Shown: in pieces, positions 20,901-27,482 of the stretch
How positions within the stretch are numbered: the stretch's first letter is position 1
Layout: each line of letters starts with the position of its first letter
IMG/VR virus record: IMGVR_UViG_3300032248_000714
Location: 1 to 33,969 of that record
Length of the DNA stretch: 33,969 nt
Origin: a virus
Taxonomy: Duplodnaviria; Caudoviricetes
Direction: 5' to 3' (one strand)
The notes under the pieces: model-generated
Database searches by the model: none
Seen by the model: only the letters and a program-made list of their open reading frames with translations
Told to the model about the DNA's origin: nothing
Translations under genes and position numbers: made by a program

Positions 20901-23900
20901 TAATCCAGAAGTTATTCCAAGAGCATTAAATATATGAGCTCCACCCCTACCATTTAGTACGCCAGTTAATCCACCACCAATTATTCCTCCACCAATTATT
21001 GGAGCACCAAGTGATGCAACTCCAAGACCAGCTGCAACAAATGCACCACCAGCAATATTCTTTACTATTTCAGCAGAACCGTCACTATTTCTTAATGCAT
21101 TAGGATCATTAACTGCATCCATTACACTCTTAGCGTCAGTCATTCCTTGCCCGTATTGAGTAGCTAAACCTTCCCAGGCTCTATCCGTAACTTTTCCAAT
21201 GTAATTTAATCTTTCGTTTGGCTGATCTTCAGGAGTTAAAGACGCCATTGTTGCCCATCCATCACCTAAATCTCCACCTAGGAATTGAGCTATACCAGTA
21301 CCATTACCTGGGTAGATATTTCTTTTAAATATTTCAAAATCTCTTTGTGAAGAAAAGTTAGTCCAAAGAGTTTGCATCAAAGGTATGGCAGGTACTCTTG
21401 TTTCAGGCCCGGTACCACCACCATTTTCGTTTAATACTCCGAATATACCTTTTGCACCTGATCCCATAATGCTAAGAGCTCCACCAAGGCCATCTCCGCT
21501 TGATTGACCTATGTATTCAAATGCACTTCTTACTGAGTTAATCATTGCATCATTTGCTGCTTGTTCTCTATCGTTTAATGGCTGATAAAGAATAGAACCA
21601 AAATGTCTAATTCCAAATTTATTTTCAGAAAATATAGTTCCTCGTGTAGCATGAGCTATAGCTTCTCTGGTTCTTGAAGATCCCATTGAAAGTAGTCTTA
21701 CCATTAAGTCTCTAGGTTCGGATAACCAAAAGCCAGTATTAATTCCACCGTCTATATGTCCACTGTCGCCCTTTTTGTTTACCCCATTAACAATCGGACT
21801 TAGCTCTATTGCATCTGATTGAGCAGTGATGGTTACTATCTCTCCATTCTCTACTTGAGTAATAGTTCCATTAAAAACTGTTTGTAGAGAGTTTGGATTA
21901 GAACCATATCCGGCTCTTAAATGCACTCTTACTCCGGGTTTTAATCTAATATTTTTAATGTCTACAACATACTTGCTCTCCATATGAGCCATCATATTTC
22001 TGGATCTATTCAATACTGTATCTAATACTCCAGCTAAACCATCTACAGCATTCGTTATAGCACCGGAATCATAGCCATCTTGAACATTAAAAATTTTACT
22101 AGTTTCAGGTCTACTTAATTTAGAATACATGTTAGAAACTCTTAGCATTAAAGTATCTCCGAGAATATCTTCTGATTGAACTATGGAAAAATCAATAATT
22201 GACTGTAGACCATAGAAGTTGTCAAACAACTTTACTCCTGCATAATATCCACCCTCATCTATTAGCCATAACATATAGGTTGGAAACGCTCTAATCATTC
22301 TTCCGGACAAGTCTCTATACTGTGTGTCTACTAGCATTTTCTCCCAATGCTTTGTAGTATCTGGAACTTTATTGCTCATTGTTTCTGCTTCACCTGAATG
22401 ACCAGAAGAATATGGTTGATTATATCTAGCTGGATTTGAGCCAACATTTCCCGTATGAGTTTTAGTGCCAGTTGATTCAAATGAATTAGCTGGATTATCC
22501 GTATCGCTATGAGGTATAGCGATCATTTTATGATTTTTACTAGAAGAAGTTGTTCCATCCGGATTTTTATTTGTTACTTCTACTCCACCTTCAGTGATGT
22601 AAAATAAATTATCCGTCTTACTCATGTAGCCAAGTTGATATCCATTAGCGTAACTAAACACAGCTGGAATTTTTTCATCACTAGAAGATTGACTTGCAGG
22701 TAAAATAGCAATCATATGGTGCATTGAAAGTTCATCTGGACTAAATGAAACCATGCCTGCTTCAGTTGGTTTACTAGAATTTCCAGCTAAGTAGTCTTCT
22801 ATTTGCTTTGTATCTGCAGCGCTTCCAGAAACTATATCTCCTACTTTAGCATTAATAGTAGTTGAGTTAGACCCTACATTAAATTCAGATCCAAAAACTG
22901 CAATAGCTCCATCGTAGTCAGGATAAGACTTAATTAAATCTGTTAATAAAGTCTTTTTTTGACCATTAAAAAACTGCTGAATAGCTCCTTCTACATAAGC
23001 TATTCCATCTCTAGATTGTATTCCTTTTTGTTCAAAGAAAGTTTTTAATTCACTTAATTTATCATTTTGAACATAATCTTTAATTGCATTAATTATATTT
23101 TTATCTTCTTCTTTAGAATAAGATTTTGGAGTAATAATAAAATTATTTACTTTATCTTGTTGAGTTGAAATATTATTTACAACATCAGAATCCATCATTT
23201 CAAAAGATCTAAAATAATAATCAGGATCTAAAGACCCAACGGTATCACCATTTTTATCTTTAATGGTCAAAGGAAAATCTGGATAAGCGTTAAAAGCGCC
23301 CCATAATTGTTTAATTCTTAAAAATGGATTTTTTTTGGTTCCAAATACCTCAATCATATCCGTCTGTTGCCTAGAGGACAGTTCTTCTCTTTGTTGCTGA
23401 AATACGTCAAAGTCAACAAAAGACATTTTAACGTCATAAACATGAGGATAATTTGGAGTTGTATTTACCTCGTAATTAAGTGGCATTACATATTTTATTC
23501 CAGCTAATCCAGAAATAATATTTTTTATTCCAAGGAAACCAATTACCCCAGTTGCGTGTTCTAATCTAGCCAAACCATTTATATGCTCAAATACTTTTCT
23601 AATTTTAAACAATTCTTTTTCACCAAAAACTGTCATAGAAACATTTAAGTAAGAATCTTTTCCACCTATATGCTGGTAAGTTGGCTCATCTTGCATTTGT
23701 AATTGAAGCTTAGCTAAGTTATTACCAAGTGTAACAGAGACTCCATTTACTATTACCGCCTTTGAGTCAAGGTCAACTTGTTGCATTGGAACTTCCCATT
23801 CATTAAATGAATAATTTCCATTACCAAATTTTCCACCATTAGGATCTGCAGAACTTCCGCTCAATCTAAATCTTTCCATAAACTGAGCTATTGGTCCACT

Positions 23901-26900
23901 GGTGAAGAATCTTTGATAAACGTTTACAGCAAAAGCATCACCTATATCTTTTTTAGCTTGATCTAAATAATCATCTGAAGATCTACCGGTTGTAGCTGCC
24001 TTGTCTTTAGCGATTTGCAAAGCAAGATCATCTAAGAAAGCTCCTGTATTTTCTGAAGACTTTTTGAATAAAGTTCTAACATCTTTTAATGAGTAATTGA
24101 CATTTTGTCCACTAGCACCATTTTTTCTTACTAACGTTGCATTCCTGTATTGATACTGGGTTATGTTTGCAGTGAAATCTTCCGTAACACTTTCATTTGG
24201 ATCTTTTAAAATATAGTCTATTTGATTTTGATTAAGGCTTGTTTTATTTTCAAGCACAAAACTGTGAGCATACCATGCATAAACTTTTGCATTATAACCT
24301 TTTTTATCCATTCCAGCAGTTATTAAATCAGCGCTTTCCAATATAACTCTTCTAGCGGTAGGATTTATGTTTCCCTCTGTTGCAGTTATTGTTACTGAAT
24401 CTAAATTTCTATGATAACCAGCAGCTTGGCTAGCTACAATTCCAAACTTCTTTAAAAAACCATCCCAAATAGAATGACCAGCGTCTTGAAGATTCTTTTC
24501 TTCTTCTGATCTAAAAGAAGATGTATCTGGAGAAAATATTTTTGTTTGAGTTTCTCTAGGAGTAAATAAACTTATATTATTTCCATTTTTCCATTCAGTC
24601 ATAACATTAGTTGTAAGCACGTCATTAAGAAATGGATCCTTCAAGCCTCCAATTTGAGTTACTGGATTTTGATACACTAAAGGACCATCGCCAGCATTAT
24701 AGCCCTGCTCGTCCATCTGAGTTAAGGTTCCTACCCCAACAGATGAACCTGGTTTATAGTCACTAGATTTCCAATCTCCAGGATTTCCATTAGGTAATCC
24801 AAGATTGTCGTTAGCCGCTACGGGAGTTTCACTTGTTCCTAAAAAGAAAGATTCATTAATATAAGAATGAAGGTTACCAGCTGCCTTACCCATGTAATGT
24901 CTAAACTTACCCCAATGAACAGCTTGGTTAAAGTCGTTAATCATAGGTAGGAATGGCTTGTGATTAAAGTTTAACAATTCTAAATCTACCACTAATGCAA
25001 ATGGGTAGTTTGGTATTGTGGATATGCTCATTGAGGATAGAGCTACTCCAGTAATTCCATGAACTGCATTGAGGTAATGATTTTTAACAGGAAGGATTGG
25101 TGCGTACTTAAACGCTGCTATCAAACCCCTGAGTGATGATAAAAATTTATCTATTTTTTCTTCATTGCCAACAGCTTTAAAGTCTATTTTAAAGTCTTCA
25201 GTTAATTTAACTTCTTGAATACCATCTAAAGATATTCCCCATATTTCTTCATAATTAGGAAAAAATAACTTTATGTTTATTGAAGTCTCTTTATATCCAG
25301 CATTGAACTTAGGAGAACTCTTTTGTCTAATTGCTCCGCCGGTTAAACTTCCAGTTTTAAAGTGAGTGCTTATATCAATAGAAACAGGTGGAACATAAAA
25401 ATTAGAAGCACCTAATCTAAAGTGAAAAATGTCTGGAGTTTTTGGTGGTATGTTTTCTCTAAATGGAAATTCTTCAAGAGCTTGCTTAATTCTTGCAGCT
25501 GTATTTAAAAATTTATCCGTTTCCCATATTGCGGTAAATACAGGTTCCCCATCTTTATTGGTTCCAAAAGATCTTAATAAAGACTTAGCCATATCTTCAA
25601 AATTATTTATAGAATCAGATTCACTTCCGTTTGAATAATCTGCAGAAGCTGCCAATGCATCAAAGAAAAATGTTACTAAATTAGGAAAATAAGCTTGAAT
25701 AATTGAAAGAGTAATTGGATCAGAAGATAATTGTTGTACTGCTATAGATAAATCATTTAACCATAACGTATCTCTAACTGGATTTAATGCGTTTGCTGCA
25801 CTTCCCTTAGTTGGATCCGTTAAGTTTGACCCAACATTAAACCTAGCTCTAGTAAATTCGGCTACAGCATTGACGCTTAATGCTAGGTCTAGCAGACCGC
25901 TTGTCTTAATTCTATTCCAAATATTTTTTACATATTTTTCATTTTTATTAATAAAATTTGTATTAGGTCTAAAAACTCTATAAAATCCAGCTTGATAAGA
26001 GCTAAAATTGTCACCTAAAGCTGTACCATATTTACGATTAAGTTCACCTACTAAGTCAAATTGAATTTTATACGTACTTAATACTGCGTCAAACTCATTA
26101 CCTAAAGTTACTTCCGCTAGATTTCCGGTAGTAATATCTGTTGCAAAGTCACTCTTAAAAGTATGAGTAACTGGATTAAAATTGTTTAACTTATCTAAAC
26201 ATCCCTGTAATGCCGCAATCCAACCTAAAAAAGATTTTTTCATAACGTGGTTAGCGTCATAATAACCTTCATTAAGAGCTAACGTTAAAGCCTGTGATTT
26301 ATTGGCATCGAAGTAATATACTTTTATTTTATTAAGCACATTTAGGTAATTGGTTGTTTTACTTAAAAGGCTATTACCTGTAGTCTCAAATATATTTTGC
26401 CACAAATAAGTGCCAGCTGCCGTCATGGCATATGGGTCTTTAATGTAGTCTTGTCCAGGACCACCGATTGGAGTTAGGTCTCCATTTCTACTAGCTGCTG
26501 AATTATTAAAAGTTGCGTCTAAGTCATTGTCATCTAAAATATTTTTATGACTATTATTATCATAAACATAATAATCTACTGCTTCTTTAAGCTGTTTAAT
26601 TTTTTTATTATATAAATCTTTTACAGCTTGAGAAGTTTTTGCAGAAGGCTTATTTGGGTCTGCAAAAACATGATTACCCATTTTGTCATCGCCACCGGTT
26701 GAACTATTTGGGTCGGTTACTATGTATCCATCTTGAATTTTATCAGCATCTATATACCAATAATGGAATAAATTAAGATTTCCTTTTTGAGTATGTTGAA
26801 ATTCTGAAGATGGACTACTAACAGAATACTTAAAACCATTTGCAAAAGCTTTATTAGAGTCTTTACTAATTATTAATTTTAAATCTTGATATGCTTGTTT

Positions 26901-27011
26901 TCCACTATTTATAGCAGCAGTTAGTGCTGCTATGTCAGCTTTATGCTCCGCCTGGGTCATGCCCGCCATATACGGAGAAATATGATATGCAAGTGTTCCC
27001 TTGTTAGCCAT
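14961..27011 (-). CDS. Giant (4016 aa) virion protein: two tube-like repeats, split baseplate hub (gpD/gp27-like), DPBB-like insert, Gly-rich hydrophobic segments, C-terminal thermonuclease (SNase-like) domain
   Basis: Hub motifs LKPGVRVHLRAGYG...VFNGTITQV and GEILVIGNADIRPHDLVYL...GLFEVEQVVHHF; SNase motifs DGDTI, VRFSGINTPE, DVYGRTIG, LNYELVLKGLA. The start abuts the upstream stop. Confidence 0.75.
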   Translation of the reverse strand: MANKGTLAYHISPYMAGMTQAEHKADIAALTAAINSGKQAYQDLKLIISKDSNKAFANGFKYSVSSPSSEFQHTQKGNLNLFHYWYIDADKIQDGYIVTDPNSSTGGDDKMGNHVFADPNKPSAKTSQAVKDLYNKKIKQLKEAVDYYVYDNNSHKNILDDNDLDATFNNSAASRNGDLTPIGGPGQDYIKDPYAMTAAGTYLWQNIFETTGNSLLSKTTNYLNVLNKIKVYYFDANKSQALTLALNEGYYDANHVMKKSFLGWIAALQGCLDKLNNFNPVTHTFKSDFATDITTGNLAEVTLGNEFDAVLSTYKIQFDLVGELNRKYGTALGDNFSSYQAGFYRVFRPNTNFINKNEKYVKNIWNRIKTSGLLDLALSVNAVAEFTRARFNVGSNLTDPTKGSAANALNPVRDTLWLNDLSIAVQQLSSDPITLSIIQAYFPNLVTFFFDALAASADYSNGSESDSINNFEDMAKSLLRSFGTNKDGEPVFTAIWETDKFLNTAARIKQALEEFPFRENIPPKTPDIFHFRLGASNFYVPPVSIDISTHFKTGSLTGGAIRQKSSPKFNAGYKETSINIKLFFPNYEEIWGISLDGIQEVKLTEDFKIDFKAVGNEEKIDKFLSSLRGLIAAFKYAPILPVKNHYLNAVHGITGVALSSMSISTIPNYPFALVVDLELLNFNHKPFLPMINDFNQAVHWGKFRHYMGKAAGNLHSYINESFFLGTSETPVAANDNLGLPNGNPGDWKSSDYKPGSSVGVGTLTQMDEQGYNAGDGPLVYQNPVTQIGGLKDPFLNDVLTTNVMTEWKNGNNISLFTPRETQTKIFSPDTSSFRSEEEKNLQDAGHSIWDGFLKKFGIVASQAAGYHRNLDSVTITATEGNINPTARRVILESADLITAGMDKKGYNAKVYAWYAHSFVLENKTSLNQNQIDYILKDPNESVTEDFTANITQYQYRNATLVRKNGASGQNVNYSLKDVRTLFKKSSENTGAFLDDLALQIAKDKAATTGRSSDDYLDQAKKDIGDAFAVNVYQRFFTSGPIAQFMERFRLSGSSADPNGGKFGNGNYSFNEWEVPMQQVDLDSKAVIVNGVSVTLGNNLAKLQLQMQDEPTYQHIGGKDSYLNVSMTVFGEKELFKIRKVFEHINGLARLEHATGVIGFLGIKNIISGLAGIKYVMPLNYEVNTTPNYPHVYDVKMSFVDFDVFQQQREELSSRQQTDMIEVFGTKKNPFLRIKQLWGAFNAYPDFPLTIKDKNGDTVGSLDPDYYFRSFEMMDSDVVNNISTQQDKVNNFIITPKSYSKEEDKNIINAIKDYVQNDKLSELKTFFEQKGIQSRDGIAYVEGAIQQFFNGQKKTLLTDLIKSYPDYDGAIAVFGSEFNVGSNSTTINAKVGDIVSGSAADTKQIEDYLAGNSSKPTEAGMVSFSPDELSMHHMIAILPASQSSSDEKIPAVFSYANGYQLGYMSKTDNLFYITEGGVEVTNKNPDGTTSSSKNHKMIAIPHSDTDNPANSFESTGTKTHTGNVGSNPARYNQPYSSGHSGEAETMSNKVPDTTKHWEKMLVDTQYRDLSGRMIRAFPTYMLWLIDEGGYYAGVKLFDNFYGLQSIIDFSIVQSEDILGDTLMLRVSNMYSKLSRPETSKIFNVQDGYDSGAITNAVDGLAGVLDTVLNRSRNMMAHMESKYVVDIKNIRLKPGVRVHLRAGYGSNPNSLQTVFNGTITQVENGEIVTITAQSDAIELSPIVNGVNKKGDSGHIDGGINTGFWLSEPRDLMVRLLSMGSSRTREAIAHATRGTIFSENKFGIRHFGSILYQPLNDREQAANDAMINSVRSAFEYIGQSSGDGLGGALSIMGSGAKGIFGVLNENGGGTGPETRVPAIPLMQTLWTNFSSQRDFEIFKRNIYPGNGTGIAQFLGGDLGDGWATMASLTPEDQPNERLNYIGKVTDRAWEGLATQYGQGMTDAKSVMDAVNDPNALRNSDGSAEIVKNIAGGAFVAAGLGVASLGAPIIGGGIIGGGLTGVLNGRGGAHIFNALGITSGLDDDLPGLDEVSFRAQTYMKSVWDLFQVCARLLPNYIVAIRPFEDRSTIFYGKPHWLYTSGVVPITTGYPSDKRAQALGIDYPKTVDPDTILMETMTKLNQVTNPFADANAYAESKKPIASTQQLVDGNLVDGSKYNIYGPTNDPNNTLYGKIIAFGAKQHTEHLNDKKQIIAKLPSSAGYATIGFHLPITNGIEIESDNYKEQLAKHQQIDQLPYRYRFPFFTDRKDNILLEDYAYYALSSELGKWSGHKADYMSLTLDRWELNGVGGAKEPTSWTKLLKLENTFSSSAKTVDVGNGNPANEMSIPIYFNQQLNFASAPPSSTDIAAEEYLFSFKKSSGSTNIIRMPYPDKTNSDKTQFAAEYTLVQSQISSGKTGNANTASMQEWGAPKNAEEEMFYIAMRWPYNSLTGSTVELLKQHNINESFGESVDDYKNRKVLVYSPTTGKAVVCKPAYFLWGEETVGVPPAPTGSSSEKDTISTGGSIVSDAATLGLTHLPFVGNPLEGLMPGHRGNNLGLETRERLEAVVSPDAAYFLGMMSLSLDEQGYWAIGQNSKSDSEWGSGTEDAIKGLAKAGIAPYPIPRECYYAFVPDSIPLGVVNYLTAPVGEFKLSTSSSAEKLIGFGYFQGTSKKNAGRFAKLSTLDQGNYYAEIDVDKTKISSMAEVAAKASLGGNVLGGATGKDYFELVKAGEYEGISKKALYDILDSEVGTTGSEKTAAGRNRFTSIYTEADMISVESRKLYDEEFDSQVHVIAGNGRTLQQASDIWDQFRMGYHEYVSVKDSFQKIYGLDPDDITPLAELGAIGKSISTGFGTRTGSVPSSAAEVRRLNEALSPDAYEKAAARYKLNKDDGPFQKFGTSGVLGTASDEFTSVFGTEFLNSQTIPQADAARGLTGISGDRVKQGIELSRVNFIDANKENSGLIDYFNTLTMQKVNGITDIIAQGLKDSGKDDQQIGDYLAYIESPKQLFLTMVGAFRAALWINPYARAWLVLKPNRKLSGSDQWDFGPVLKAFQAYIDPTEDFAKKKEKFLKFLSQNASEGSGATNFMQAMGQDVGGFWDRNIGPLFTALGDSLSGLMNLYRMSMMQLGYGLSQVGQMSKQANILNKALNDSIYYTLGRPGSLLRAVDNPFTREYGEPVVEIREPFQRVHYLSSFSHIISNGIQENISGVATQVTAVSDGKYPVTVAMDKSTPAERQVEKTVETGIYYDNATGSGLFGGLQPILHPFEFARGISKVAQGTPDELLAKRVALSHLKESLKDIYNGEILVIGNADIRPHDLVYLADVYERMYGLFEVEQVVHHFTSDLGFVTSITPNALVTVNDPSKWFMSSWLGSWMHMQALRNDTRLYMNSLGSGVTASGQVSVDGLSTSLDAQMVGSIQYTHGSTALAKDIMAHYASVGYTDIKDQVKAQVAQNGLNGQVSVGGIGAMFAGATGLGAAAAAIGAMAIPGVAVASIVGAGIIGLGGSVGGNLAWKGWSWIRDNVLDQHGCYIQYLNRNGQPMDAGLSQAGQGMVVGRYATKKLLPGILGVSTKVKTDQGFDYIRTDDLLKNLGWKEKQITDLTRYISLENAVVNTQLLKFAGSGPEKAGLNQFFKIICKVDSITDGDTIEVIDIFDTKVDATTGKPKTIKVRFSGINTPELNIVKADIASNPTSNVKMKSVSVLNKQITIKTEVVNYNVDDNVIIQFADKSISDLSIKISSINTTAKSFTGTTYLNNIVERNIEGIVNIYSSEIQIINPKSPGGAATLFTQQALKDKIIILRVSPDSKQITAIFTDKDFDSGSSKNKAFSYDKDVYGRTIGTIFYKAPQNIVDAIITKATDLFTSNLNTSQADMTSAPDLSALNNPPIGKNVLANTFNNEVFVTRFNEILKYIQGVNKTNYLTQVNNPGLSGMSAKRKKLYSDYVYMKILEFIYDKVSDWPNIEWDEYYDDGTPATLNYELVLKGLANVDTKGLLMEKPSVITSNEMAAIPRAVTVNRN

Positions 27012-27471
27012 TTAAAAATACCTATTAATACTTAAGGACTTATTAAGTCTGTCGCTAGAACTACCCGACATAGTAGAATTGCTATAATTATCCATTATAC
27101 CTTTAAATCCGTTATTTGTAAAGGAAAGACCATTGGCTTTTAGGGGATTTATATATTTATTGTTATTAGAATATCTTGCAGTTTGATTTGATTTTCTAGC
27201 ATATCCAACGTTATCCATTTGAATATAAGTGGATTTAGAGTTGTCCAAGCCAGCCATTGAACCCTGAGACTTAGTTGTTCTAGTTGTGCCTGCTGTGGAT
27301 TGATTTAATCCAACTCCGTTGACTTCCTACGGGCCTTGATGGAGCTCCTGTTTTTCTAGAAGAAATCTCTGCAGATTGGTTATTAGCTTTTTTTATATTT
27401 TGATTTGGGCTAGCTTTACTAATCGAAGCTTTACGAAGGTTTTCGTTTTGTGTATGTGCACCAAAAATCAT
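27012..27471 (-). CDS. Small basic S/N/K-rich hypothetical protein (~152 aa) formed by +1 frameshift fusion of ORFs 27280..27471 and 27012..27257
   Basis: 51 codons up to CAA, then the +1 frame GGA GTT GGA TTA AAT... (GVGLNQSTAGTTRTTKSQGS) runs without a stop into MAGLDN of 27012..27257. Confidence 0.7.
27315..27318 (-). other. +1 frameshift site 3 (CAA CGG A)
   Basis: In-frame CGG at 27318..27316. The +1 frame is closed upstream by TAG at 27329..27327 and the 0 frame ends at TAG 27282..27280. Confidence 0.7.
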
Positions 27472-27482
27472 AAGACATTAAC

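Noticed and set aside
2425-27471. Calling the three broken genes pseudogenes
   Set aside because: Each has a single lesion of identical type, both sides are otherwise intact, and the neighbouring giant genes are undamaged. Random decay would not hit the same 4-mer three times; recoding or a systematic sequencing error fit better.
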